DNA of 64,000 bases from Squalus acanthias (taxonomy: Eukaryota): assembly GCA_030390025.1 (NCBI GenBank), contig CM059432.1, positions 32,118,001 to 32,182,000 on the forward strand. The letters run 5' to 3'. Positions 1 to 11,734 of the stretch are shown piece by piece (within the stretch, counting starts at the first letter, position 1; the number at the start of each line of letters is the position of its first letter). The translations under genes and the position numbers were made by a program. Below the pieces are notes generated by a model that saw nothing but the letters and a program-made list of their open reading frames with translations, had not been told where the DNA came from and searched no databases.

Positions 1-38
1 TTCAATGGCGAGAACGAATACTGCAGATCAGGCATCAA
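1..38 (+). CDS. Penultimate exon (5' part outside window) of an unidentified host gene; frame from base 3 reads QWRERILQIRHQ
   Basis: Followed by a canonical donor CAA|gtgagt at 39. A phase-0 join to the exon at 995 gives a continuous protein-like frame. Confidence 0.6.
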
Positions 39-149
39 GTGAGTGTGGCGATTGCGTTTACCGGCAGCACTACTGGCACTTGTTAATGATCTGGTAGTTT
101 CATTTTCTCTTAAATATTTTTTAGCCTTGGCAACATTCTTCTTCCCCCC

Positions 150-345
150 CCCACTGTCACCACTACCATAACCATTAACATCACATTATTACCAGCTTCA
201 TCACCATGGTTATTGCCAGATTCATCACTATCATCATCACGATTATAATCACCACCACTTTCATCATCATCATTACCACCATCATCACCGTCACCACTAT
301 TACCAACACAATCATTACCACCATCATCATCACCATTATCATTCT
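150..345. repeat. Degenerate (CAT/CAC)n trinucleotide low-complexity tract
   Basis: Runs such as catcatcatcattaccaccatcatcacc. Explains the I/T-rich ORF 206-388. Confidence 0.9.
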
Positions 346-994
346 ACTATTATTCATTGGATCAATGAAGCACTTTGGGATGACTTGAGAAACACAACAA
401 CATGCTACATAAATAATCCACTAAACGTCCCACTCTGACAACATGTGAACCTCAATTGTTTTCTTTTGTGCATCTTCTAGCAGGTAAGAGCTTGTCAGAA
501 AGTTGATTAGTTTGTCCCATTGATTTAATTTCTTCACATTCCCCTCGCAACCAAGTATCCTGGTCCCAGGCCTTTGTGAGCACTGTCTTTGGGCCTGTCG
601 CGAGGGATCAGCTCTAGAACAGTTGCAGTGACAACCTTCACTGCAGTTATTACTCCATCTGCACCTGGTCGGAGCGCATACTGGAAATTTGAGCATGTGC
701 CACGCATAATTTAACAACCATTCAGTTAGAAAAACGTGAGCAGTGAGTGTCCAAATTTCCGTGGGCAGGGAAAAAATGATTCCTTTATTTTCTAGAGGAA
801 TAGCTCCCACTACGTACCTGTCCAGGACATTGATGTGAGATGTGGATGTGAGTCCTTCAAGACGGAAGCAAAAAGTTGCACAGAAACCATAAGGGCATTG
901 CATATAAATTAAGTGCCAATAATCACTAGGTATGAAGCAACTAGTATTTATATTTGTCAAAATAATTGCAGTGCTTCTCAACTTTTGTTTTCAG

Positions 995-1126
995 GGTGAC
1001 GTTTATTTTTGGGCTGTACAGAGAAAGATTTTGAAAGCTACATGCAACATGATGGTTAAAAAAATAATCAATCAAGAAGTAGCAGCCCTGAGAATGTTCA
1101 AGCTAAGCAGGAAGCAAGGCAACTGA
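995..1126 (+). CDS. Terminal coding exon of the same gene: GDVYFWAVQRKILKATCNMMVKKIINQEVAALRMFKLSRKQGN*
   Basis: Strong acceptor (acttttgttttcag, AG at 993-994), then 43 codons and TGA at 1124-1126. Non-repetitive sequence. The frame is inferred, not confirmed. Confidence 0.6.
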   Translation, partial: GDVYFWAVQRKILKATCNMMVKKIINQEVAALRMFKLSRKQGN

Positions 1127-1544
1127 AACAAGGTCTTAGTCACGTTAAAGTATACCTGCATGACAATAAGAGTGTCACTTACTCTCATGTGCGTTCAGGG
1201 TAGTTTTGCACCTTGCATCCTAGTCGAAGCTTCGAGAAGTGAGTCGCGTTCCTTCTTGGGCAGGATCTAGAGAAGGTGCTGGTGCTTATTCCGGGACGGT
1301 CAAAGTCCAGTGCCTTCAGTCCGTAGCTCATCCTGTGCTGGCCCAGCCTATTTTGCCTGGAGAGCAGGAAGCGACTCCCACAACGATCAAGCAGTTCAGC
1401 TTCTGTAAAGGGATCACGTCTGTGTAATGTGACACTGACGTGCAGGTCAGAAAGTGCAGCATGTTCTCAGTATTTTATCACCCACTTACCCATACTAAAA
1501 AAAATCTAAAGTCTATTCAACTTCACTGATGTGTCCTTTAACCA

Positions 1545-2313
1545 TTTGAGAACCGCAGTGGTATTTCAGTGATCATCTGCTGCACGCTCCACAACCTTGC
1601 CATTTTGTGGGAGCAACCCTTACCACCACCTGCCAGGTGACAAAATGATGAAGAGGAGCAAGAAGCGATGGGTGAGGAAGAGGAGGAGGAAGAGAGATAG
1701 CAACCCTGGCAGCCCCTTTCTGCCAGGGCTCTACGAGATCAGCTCATTGAGCAGTGCTTCCACTGACCTCAAATACACCTCCCCGTTCCCCATCACTGCC
1801 ACTCTCCTAACCTTTCCCATTTCCATTACCATCATGTCATCCTCTTTCTGTCAACACTTATTGTTATCTCCCTCACTTGACTGCAGACATAAAAAACAAC
1901 ACCAAATGCGCAACATGAGGCCTTCCTGCCCCCCTGCAAAGAGAGGATGTCCATCCTCCTCTCCACCTCCTGCATCAAGACTTCCAGTGCAGCATCAGAG
2001 AATTTTGGTGCCTGTTCTCTCCCAGCTTCAGACATTTCAACAGATAAACAACGATTCCCATCTCTTCTAGCAGCCACAATGCACCTCTCCTTTAAGAGGT
2101 GCAGGCTGCCTTTAAAGAGTGCGAGCCACTGCTCATATCAGGTCCACTCCTGATGCGTGCAGCCAATGAATGGCGCGGATAGTGCTGGCGGCACGCAGCA
2201 ATCATTAAAATCATGACTTTGAAATACTGCCTGAATCGCTGTGAATGGGCGAGGAGGGGTGGTCGCATACTGTGATCGTGCGCTCGTTTTCAGAGGTTAT
2301 CCAATTTAACCCC
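1545..2313. mobile_element. Degenerate, internally deleted PIF/Harbinger element: transposase C-terminus (+, ~1550-1770) facing Myb/SANT N-terminus (-, ~2077-1900)
   Basis: + strand reads ICCTLHNLAI..QPLPP, an E-rich tract, then ARALRDQLI. - strand reads REQAPKFSDAALEVLMQEVERRMDIL. Terminus reads GGGGTTAAATTG on - strand from 2313. Confidence 0.8.
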
Positions 2314-3694
2314 TTTGAGTGGTTGTTAGAGGGAAGAATATTGGCCAGGACATGGGGAGCCCTCTTTCTTTGTAGGTGGGTCTTGTACTTTTGTTTTACG
2401 GCAATTGTAATACAACCTTTGAGTGAGGTGGATAATTTGAGTTAAATTGTGGGTAGATTTGTGCTGAGTTCCCAGATTTTCCATGATCAAATTCTCAAAT
2501 ATCTGTTGGAGGCAGAAGATCATCCCTTGGGGTTGATTTTCTTCTCCCCTCCCCAATCCCTCTGGTTGCAAGTCAGGGTGGTTACAGGTCATTATCTTAG
2601 GCCCAACATTTCCCCCCTGTGCATACCCACCCCTTGGCAGGTGTCCAGGGAAGGAAAATCAGTCTCTGCAGCAGACCTCAGAGGATTGCAACAGCAGAAA
2701 TGGCCATCAGCTTCAGGGCCTTCTGGCTGCTATCCACACGCAGAGTCCCAGGGTAACCTCTGGAAGTCTGCGGGTAATGCAGAGGGGCCTCTGCTTTGTG
2801 CTCAGGAAATGAGATCTCCCTGAGTGAAAAGCAAAAAGAATTGGCCCTATTCCTGCTCTTTGTTTGCACCACATCCTGCCACTTGTGCAGCAGGCAATTT
2901 TTCTTTTAATTAAAAACCTTAACCTTTTCCATGTCCAATGCACTCAGCCACTTCTTGATGTCACGTAGTCAACTGAATTAGCTGGACACTAGCATCTATG
3001 ATGAGGGGACCTTGAAAGGAGGCCAAGTAGGATGGTCTACTTGTGACCTTTGGCTGAAGATGCCCGCAAACACTTTAGCCTTGTCTCTTGCATTCATGTG
3101 TCTTTTGGTTGCTTTTCTTAATGTTCCTTCTAACCTTACTAATTGTGGTTTAGGTATGGCTGTGTTTTTTTCCAAATGGAACCTTCTTTCCTTATTCTGT
3201 ATAATAGCCATAAATACATACTCAGTTCTATTTTTAAATTTACTTTCCCAATTAGCATTGCCTAAGTTTCCTATAGTCCCAAAATGTCCTTTTCTAAATT
3301 CTTGCAACACCAAATTGTTGTTTTTGGCCTCAGTTTTGACAACATCACATCTAATGCTCACTGAATCTCAGGTGCTCACTAGCACTACCCCCAGGTTACT
3401 GACCAGCTCTGGTGAATCACAACATCACATCCAAAACATCAGATCCAAAACAGCTCTTCTCTAATAGCATGGCCCACGTGATGTACAAGGAAACCATCCT
3501 GACTGACAGTGAATTTGTTTGTATTCTCGACCCTTCCTTCAGGTTGTGCTGATCTGTCCACTGAACCCGTGGGATGTTGAAATTCCCAATGTTCCACAGC
3601 CCTGCCCAGACTGCTCCCCATCTGTCTGTTCACTGTGACCAGCTGGTCTATAGCAGTTACCAATTAATAATTTGCCACTCTTATCTTTGCTCAG

Positions 3695-4116
3695 ATAGTG
3701 TAGTGGTTATATTACTGGACTAGTAATACAGAGAACATGAGTTCCAACATAACAACTCGCTTCTCTCCCCCTGGTTCTTTTGCCAATTATCTTAAATCTG
3801 TGTCCTCTGGTTATCAACCTTCCTGCCAGTGGAAACAGTTTCTCCCTATCTATTCCCTATCAAAACCCTTCATACTATATCAATAAATGTGACCATGAAG
3901 CTGTCTTGTTTTGTCGTAAACCCCAGCTAGTTACACTGATGTCCTTTAGGGAAGGAAATTTCTGTCCTTCTGCGGTCTGCCCTATATGTGACTCTTAACT
4001 GCCTTCTGAACTGGCCTAGCAAACCATTCAGTTGTAAAGAAGAATTGCAATTATAGATGGGCAAAAATGCCAGCCTTGCCAGTAACACCCACATTCTCAG
4101 AATGAATTTTTAAAAA
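3695..4116 (+). mobile_element. tRNA-derived SINE with a LINE-derived 3' tail, interrupted by a CR1 fragment (~3750-3880, -)
   Basis: tRNA-like head (gtagtggtta...ggactagtaa). Tail caattatagatgggcaaaaatgccagccttgccagtaacacccacattc resembles the LINE 3' end at ~39118-39178. Confidence 0.6.
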
Positions 4117-5579
4117 TCCATATTGTTTCAACCTTATCCTTTCTGTTGCTATATCCACCCTGTCTAGCGCTGCCACATTTACCTTATCAACAAAAGCACT
4201 CCTCCTCCTCACCTGGGCGGTCCACACTTCTGTCACTGCAATACTGGATTACCAGCGTAACCAGGTCTCTGAACATTAGAACGGTTGGGACTGAGGAAAT
4301 TGCAGGCATGCAAGTTCCCTCCCCCGCTCAGCCCAGCACCCTCTGATGTTTGGGGTCATGTTTGGGCCCAGTGAAAGTTCTGTCCCAACCAGGCTCCTGC
4401 GTGAATTTCCAGCAGGCAGGATTCTGAGTGAAGACCCAGGGTAGATTTTCACATTCGCTGCCTGGGTGGTAATTTGGTGAGCAGATTTCCAGCCCTGCCA
4501 GATTACCACCCAGGGGTGATTGAAAATCGAGCGAGTTATACAATGGGTGGGCGATCTGCTCCAGCAGATTACCTCCCATGTAGTGAAGATGAAAAATTAA
4601 CCGCCATTGTCAGCAGCTCCTATCAGTTAATCCCACCCCATCTGTCGTCCTGTGCCAGACATCCACCCCAGAAGCACTAAGGCCACTCAGTATCAGCAGG
4701 TTACTGTCCATGGATCACAGCCGAGTCCAATTCAGTCTTCACTGACTAATAGGGGTCAGCCTTAGTTTAGTGGTAACACTCTCATCTCTGAGTTAAAAGG
4801 TTGTGTGTTCAAGTCCCACTCCAGCGACATTGAGCATAAAATCTAGGCAGATGTTCCAGTGCTGTACTGAGGGAGCACTGCACTGTCGGAGGTGCTGTCT
4901 TTTGGATGAGACGCTAAACCGACACTGGAGCTGTAGTGTGAACGCACCCTAAATAAAGTGACAACCCACCTCAGGTGCAAAGTCAAACCCCGCAGCAGAA
5001 CATAATCATGGGCCCTTTCCCACACACATTGGCCGGAATTTTCTGGGTTCCGTGCAGACGCGATCGGAGGAGGGTCGGGTGGGAAATCTGAAAAAACTCG
5101 GAGCGGGTCGGGAACCCGCCGTCATCCCACACCCACACGCCTTTCCCTCGGGCACGTTTGCCGGTGCGGCAGCAACCCGAATGGCAGAGGCAGGTGACCT
5201 AATTGAAATCATTATCAGCTTGTTGTCAGACACTTAAGTGCCTTTATCGTCCTACCTTTCAAATTTTCCTGCATGCCCACGGGATTCACGCAGCTCAGGA
5301 ACCATGTCTGTCAACCTGAGGCGGGAGTTGAGTGGCCATTGATCCAGCTGATTACTTGACAACATCAAATGTACTATAAAAGCTCCGGCCTCACAGCTGA
5401 TCACGTTCCTCAGGCAGAAGCTGTTGCTGACTACATTGCCAGCACAGATTTAGCTTTCTGCAGGCTGCAGGTGTTTCCAGCAAAGTCTCCATCCAGTGTC
5501 ACCTCATTGGAAGAACCTCTCTCACCATTGACAGATTGCTTCTGTCAACTCTACTTGACCTGCCTTCTATTCCATCAGC

Positions 5580-5791
5580 ATAGGTGCCATTTATACTGTC
5601 TCACCTTGGTCCTCAAAATCTGACCACGATGAGCCCCAACACCAGCAGCACCAGGCACATCAGCAGCACCAACAACACTACCAACCTGCTCCGCAGCCAC
5701 CTGATGCTGCACAGGACAGAGGGCATCAGCACCCCAGCACATTGCTGGCCGGGAGGCCAGGGATGGCCTCATCATGGCCAGATTTAGTTAA
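5580..5791 (+). pseudogene. Harbinger transposase remnant: N-terminus fused out of frame to the extreme C-terminus
   Basis: ATA(ex-ATG?)-GGT-GCC start matches the MGA start of the copy at 13255. A Q/H-rich stretch is followed by IAGREARDGLIMARFS* (5741-5791), similar to RAVHNRLIRLRFE*. No DDE motifs present. Confidence 0.65.
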
Positions 5792-6066
5792 CTTTATGCT
5801 GTACACCCATATGGATGCCATTCCACAGCAACACCATAAACCATCCCCACAATGACCAAGCCATTCCTTTCACACTGATCACCATTGGTGGAGGTACTGT
5901 TATGTCTCACCATTTACTGAAACTCACTAAGCCACTTCCAAAAGTGCACACAAATTTCTCCAAGACTGGAAAGTGGTGAAAATAAAGATTTTTATGGTTG
6001 AGATCACATTAACGGAAACTTGACATTAACATTGAAAAAAACACCCAAGTGGCTACCCTTGTGAAT

Positions 6067-8209
6067 CTACTTGTGTGTCATCTTTCTCTTCCGCGTGCTT
6101 CTATGAGGTGCTACCCCTGTGGATTCAGCAGAGGTAGAGGCAGCCTGCTCATTTCGCTGCTGCGACTGCTTAGACACTCTTGGCGGACGTCCTCTGGGTT
6201 TTGGAGCCTCTGGTGGCCCCACCAAAGTCTGCTCCTCCTGCGACTGTGCAGGGGCAGACTCGGCTATCTCTGTCCGAGGAGGCTTCTGGGGCTCTGACTG
6301 AGGGGGTGGCAACGGGGGAGAAGTGTAAGCGCTTTGAGAGGAGCCCACACTTCCATATCTATCAGCCTCTGCCATGTATTCTCCATCGATAGCATATGCT
6401 CATGTGAGTGGCACATCAGCTGCTCCATGCAGGTGGCCATCCCTTCAATGGAAGAGCCTACTGTCACCATCGCCTGCAACATGGTGGAGCTCATGTTGGA
6501 GATGGACTCCTCCATTCCCTGAACATTTGCAGACATCGCGCTCGCAAAACCTGTCACAGCCTCCTTCACTTCTTCCTGCATCTCTAGGATCGCCCTCTTT
6601 CTGGATGGCCCCCGAGGCTCAGCGTTTGCATGCAGCTGAGCAGAGCTAGGAGCATCTTGCGCCCTCCGGCGAGGACTCGCCACTGCTGTCTCTGTCTCCA
6701 CCATCTGCTCTTGCTCACTTGTGAGTTGTGAGACACCAGGTGACAACACTACTCTATGTCACATGGCACCCACCCAGGTGTGCGTATCTGCGCTGGTGCT
6801 GGGTCCGCTTATGTCTGGTGACGGTGCGCCCTCAGAGGCTGGAGGCTCTCCTGAGGAGTCGTCTTCCTCTTGGTCCTGTACAGTGGGGGTGTGTGGCGGG
6901 GGGGTGGGGGGGTGTGCGGGGGCCGCCTGGTGGACCTGTGGGAGAATAAAGAGATGAGTTTGATATGTCATATGAAGAATGGGTACGGATACCATTAATA
7001 TAAATTGCTTGATATGTAATTCTGTCACCAGGTTGCTGAGATGTCCCCCTCTCTCTGTCTCCCACCTCCAGCTGCTCGGCAAATCCCAATACTTCTAACA
7101 CAGCCTCCTCTTCTGTTGTGAGGGTGGCAAATGATGGTGTTCCACCTCCAGTTCTGTCCCTCTCCCTCTTATTGTGGGCTCTCTTTTCCTGCAAGGGGGG
7201 AAAGAAGAGGAGAGTGAGTGAGAGTGACGGAATGAGTGTAACAAATGGATGGGCTAGATCTTTAGAGGGAGACTATGATGGAGTGGGGTGTCAATGCCAA
7301 ATGGCCTCCTTGTGTGATGTTAGTTGGTATGATTGCACTAGGATGAGGCTGAGTGTGAGGGGTGGTTAGTCAGATGGGAATGTGATAATGTAGATAGCGA
7401 GAGAGGGATGGGTGGATGTGCAAGGTATGTTGCTGTGAGTAATGATGTACAGGAGTAGGGTTGGGAAGGCAGAGTGATGGGGATGTGATGACAGGCAGAG
7501 CAGGATGAAGTTGAGTGTGGTTTTGTACTCACATAGAAACATAGAAACATAGAATCTAGGAGCAGGAGTAGGCCATTCGGCCCGTCGAGCCTGCTCCGCC
7601 ATTCAATACGATCATGGCTGATCATCCAAATCCAGTACCCTGTCCCTGCTTTAATCCCCACAGTACACATATCCCACCCTACCCCCGTAACCCCACGTAT
7701 TTAATTCCCCCTAACATATCCCATCCTATCCCCATAACCCCACATATTTAATCCCCCCTAACACTAAGGGTCAATTTTATCATAGCCAAATCAACCTAAC
7801 CCACACATTTTTGGACTGTGGGAGGAAACCGGAGCACCCGGAGGAAACCCACGCAGACACGGGGAGAATGTGCAAACTCCACACAGACAGTCACCCGAGG
7901 TCAGATTCGAACCCGGGTCTCTGGCGCTGTGAGGCACCAGTGCTAACCACTATGCCACCGTGTTGCCACCTTTCCTGATCTAATGAGATCATTGAAACAT
8001 TTCTGGCATTGCACCCAGGCCCTCCTGACCACATCCCTGCTGTTGACCTCCTCTGCAATTTGGAGCCAGGCTGTTTTTGTCTCCTGGGGAGGTCCCTTCT
8101 GCCCATCAGAGGGGAAGAGGACCTCCCTGTATGCTCTGACTCCCTCCACAAGCATATGGAAGGAGTCATCGGAGAACCTGGGTCCTGCTCTCTGCCTCTG
8201 TGCAGTCAT
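6067..8209 (-). pseudogene. Harbinger Myb/SANT-like DNA-binding protein gene, 3 exons (8209-7970, 7188-7029, 6935-6067)
   Basis: PRFSD..LVEGV..REVLFP..W.QIAEEVN..R.WVQCQKCFNDL|EKRAHNKRERDRTGGG matches the Myb/SANT-like (MSANTD/trihelix) pattern, with GT-AG introns. Exon 3 has a frameshift in the poly-C tract (~6900), an in-frame TGA (6761-6759) and a second frameshift (~6370). Confidence 0.85.
7533..7967 (-). mobile_element. HE1-like V-SINE (tRNA head, V domain, CR1/HER1 tail)
   Basis: A box tggcatagtggt, B box ggttcgaatc, core tgtgtggagtttgcacattctccccgtgtctgcgtggg, (TTCTATGT)n tail. Near-identical to 48147-48572. Confidence 0.9.
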
Positions 8210-9287
8210 GTCTCCAAATGTTTGGAACAATCAAAAGCTCCAGTGCAGTGACTGCAGACTCCTGGATGAACCTTCAAATGCAATGTGGCATTTGTGCAAT
8301 GCAAATGCTCCATTAAATCGGCCGGCTGAAAGCACGTCATCAGACCCGCACCATTTAATTGGGCCGGGTAACGTGCTGGGCGGGCTTAATAGGACTCATT
8401 AGCGCAAAGTCGATTTTTGGAGCGGGATGGAAGCAGCAACGGGGTCGCGACCCGCCACGCCGACCGCCCGCGCCCGATCCGCCCAGGTAAAGAAAATTCC
8501 GGCCACAGAAACACCACCCATGGAAAACAGAGTTCATACAAACCAGTTACTTTATTAGTAAAGCATTTTAACAGAATGATGGCAGTAATTGTGGAGTCAG
8601 AAAGAATTCCTGCAGTAAAAATGGTCAACAGATAGCTTTTTTTCCCGACTGATTTAAGCAGCGTAAAATGTACAGATGTGTATAAGCCCTGCCCCACTAA
8701 CCGCAGGTATCCCACATGTGTGACTGCAACATCAGTTGGACTTAAACTAATCCCTGGAGCATGGCTGTGTAATTGTTGGCCAAACTGCACAGATGTAGTC
8801 TGTAAATGGTCGTCAATCTAGGCTGACAAGTCTTTATGCTGTTTGAAATAAAAATCCGGAGAGTTACAGGAATGGGTGGCAGACGCATGAATTCATGGTC
8901 ACTGATTATCGCTGTCTGAATAAGTCAGATTCTGTTTTTATTATGGGGAACTGCGGGTTCTTTTAGTGATTTGAGGAATTGCATTCCACAATTCCATCTA
9001 CTTATCCATGAAAGGGGGAAACCAGTGACCTTGTCTTGCCACTGGTTTCAGGGAACTAAGTTCTATTTTCATTACATAGGATTTTTACCAGTGTTTTGAG
9101 GATTGCATTTCGTGATTCCATCTGTTTTCCATGAGTGGAAAAGAGCCCTTAATGAGCGCGATAATTCTATAGCTTAAAATTGGAAAATACCCTCTTGGTT
9201 GGTTACACAGAGTACTGCACTGGTAATGTATGTTTGCAAGGTTGGACTATTCTTGATTACTTCCCAAATCAGTGGCAATGAACAAAC

Positions 9288-10015
9288 GAAAGAACTTGAA
9301 TTGTACCTTTCAGGACATCCCAAAGCGCTTCACAGTCAATAAAGTACTTTCAAAGTGTTGACCCTGTTGTAATGTAGGAAAATGCAGCAGCCAATTTGCA
9401 AACAGCAAGGTCCTACAAAACAACATTGAGATGAATGACAGAAAGTCTGTTTTTAGTGATGTTGGTTGTGAGGAAAATGTTGGCCAGGACACCAGGAGAA
9501 CACCCTTGCTGTTCTTCGAAACAGTGCCATGGGGTAGAATGTCCGGAATGATATCAGGGCTTAAAGGTTTAAATTATGAGGTCAGGTGGCCTTGTATTCC
9601 CTTGAGTTTGAAAGGTTGCGGGGTGATCTAATTGAGGTGTTTAATATGATAAAGAGATTTGATAGGGTAGATACAGAGAAACTATTTCCTCTGTTTGGGA
9701 ATCCAGAACAAGGGGGCACAATCTTAAAATCAGAGCAAGGAAAGTTAGGAATGAAATCAAGAAGCACTTTTTCAAGGGTGGTGAAAATCTGAAACTTGCT
9801 CTCCCAAAAGGCTGTGGATGCTGGGTCAATTGAAATTTTGAAGATGGAGATAGATAGATCTTTGTTAGGTACGGGTATCAAGGGATATGGAGCAAAGGCG
9901 GGTAAATGGAGTTGAGCTACAGATCAGCCATGACGTAACTGAATGGAGGAACAAGCTCAAGGAGCTGACTGGCTAATTTCCATTCATATGTCCACCTGAG
10001 AGGGCAGATGAGGCA
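9288..10015. mobile_element. Deu-type SINE (-) interrupted by a CR1 3' fragment (+, ~9535-9989)
   Basis: SINE sequence stops at cagtgccatggg and resumes at tgtccacctgagagggcag. The insert encodes LYSLEFERLRGDLIEVF. Confidence 0.8.
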
Positions 10016-10596
10016 TTCCCAATTAAAATCAATGGAGCCACTGTGCAACACTTCCCCATCCGTGATATGACTCCATGGGCCTAGAATAAAGGAGACCCAA
10101 AATACCAGGATTCCATTGTGGCAGAAAATTGGATGTTTGTTTTAAAAACAAGTAACAGATACTTTTAGAATTGTAGTTTGTTTTCATGAGACATTGTGAG
10201 AGTACATTGAACAGAAAGTGTTTCTCCGCTCTCCATCCATTTAAAGTAGAGCGAGGCACTACTCAAATCTTGGGTGGTGGACAAATGGATGCGTGCTGAC
10301 CACTAGACCATACTAGATTTGACCGATATCAGTTAATAATTTGCCATTGTTATCACTGCTCAGTTTCTATCCATATTTTTTCAACCTTATACCTTCTGTT
10401 GCTATATTCACCCTCTCTAGAGGCTGAAAATGCTCGACCCTGTTCTGCCGATGGGTTCAGAAGAGTGAGATGTGGTTTAGGCCAGAGGAGAGAGAAGAGT
10501 AATTTATCGGACAACATGCTTTATTTGTCTTCAAGTCCCGAATGAGATAGGAGCAGTGGGATGAAGAGAGTGGAGTAATGTAATGAAAGGAAACAA

Positions 10597-11706
10597 GTGT
10601 CAACTGGGCTAAATTGGTAGCACTCTCACCTCTGAGCAAGAAAGCGGTGGGTTCAAGCCCCACTACCTGAGCACATAATCTAACCTTATTCTCCAGGGCA
10701 GTACTGAAGGAGTGCTGCATTGTCAGAGATGCTGTCTTTCAGTTGTCATGCTAAACTGAGGTCCCTTCTGCCTGCTCAGATGGATGTAAAAGATTTTATT
10801 GCATTATTCTTCCTTTACCAACATGACCAAAACAGATTGGCCCAAAAATTCGTGAGGAAGCCTTCATGCGAGGGTAAGGCCTCCCCGCGATCTCTCACTC
10901 CGCGTTGGCTTTTTCAGTTCCAGCTCGCACGAACTTGATGTTCTGGACAGCTGCTGTGCTGGGCTTGCGTATCCCACCGGCGTAGTTAATTTGTGCGAGC
11001 TGTGGGATCACGTGACTCAGTTAGAGCCAATGGCAGCACACCATCTTCCATTCATAACTTTCACATAAGTGCTGTGAAAGTTATGAATACTATAGCCCCC
11101 CAAAAGAACCGCTAAACCTCAATTAAATTTAAAAAAAACCATCACATTAATAAAATAAGTATAGTTAAATAAATTAACCATTTTAAATAAAAAATTAAAT
11201 TTTTGAAAAAATTTAAAATCTTTTAAAAAGTTATAAAAATAAACTTACCTGTCTTTAAAGTCTCTAAAAAAGATATACCTGTTAAAAAAAATTCAAAATA
11301 ATACTTAATTCACTACTTACCTTGTTAAAAGTGTGTCTTACTCCTCCTTTTTTTATGTGTAGAATCTTCCGTACTTACCTGCGCGTTGAAACCACTAAGT
11401 GCACAGCGTGCGCACAGCCTGTAGCGCGCACGCGGTTCACCTAGGACCCGCCCCCTTTTCCATTCACCAAGTGCCGGTTTTCAGCGCATGCGCAGTGCAT
11501 GCAGAAAACCAGCAATTGGAGACAGAATACGCGAGAGTACACAGTGCGTACTCTCGCGTAGCAAGACTAATTTTTGGGCCATTATCTGGTCATTATTGCA
11601 TGCAAATTGGTTGCTGCATTTACCTACACAACAGTTGAAAAATAATCCATTAGTTGTAAATTGCATTTGGACATCCTGGGGAATTAGATAAGATGCTAAA
11701 TAAATG
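10597..11706 (+). mobile_element. Deu-type SINE (SacSINE1/AmnSINE1-like) split by a MITE
   Basis: The SINE motif aacagattatctggtcatt is restored when 10839-11583 is removed. Confidence 0.8.
10839..11580. mobile_element. Harbinger-type MITE with AT-rich core
   Basis: Perfect 12-bp TIR GGCCCAAAAATT and ATT TSD (10836-10838 / 11581-11583). Homologous to 43886-44650. Confidence 0.9.
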
Positions 11707-11734
11707 CATATATTTTCTTTCTTCTATTCTCTGC

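Larger units (their letters stand above)
5031..8504. mobile_element. Non-autonomous PIF/Harbinger transposon with both ends; transposase core deleted, Myb/SANT gene retained as a pseudogene
   Basis: Perfect 14-bp TIR GGCCGGAATTTTCT at 5031-5044 and 8491-8504, and two convergent gene remnants. The 3-bp flanks (att/aca) do not match, so the TSD is not confirmed. Confidence 0.88.

Noticed and set aside
206..388. I/T-rich ORF
   Set aside because: Translation of a trinucleotide low-complexity tract.
421..981. 186-aa Cys-containing ORF on the - strand
   Set aside because: Lies antisense within the inferred intron of the + strand gene, with no recognisable domain or splice pattern.
2996..3464. Overlapping 121/150-aa ORFs
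   Set aside because: Composite of decayed LINE fragments; the ARDKAKVFAGIFSQ peptide matches the LINE ORF2 at ~35910.
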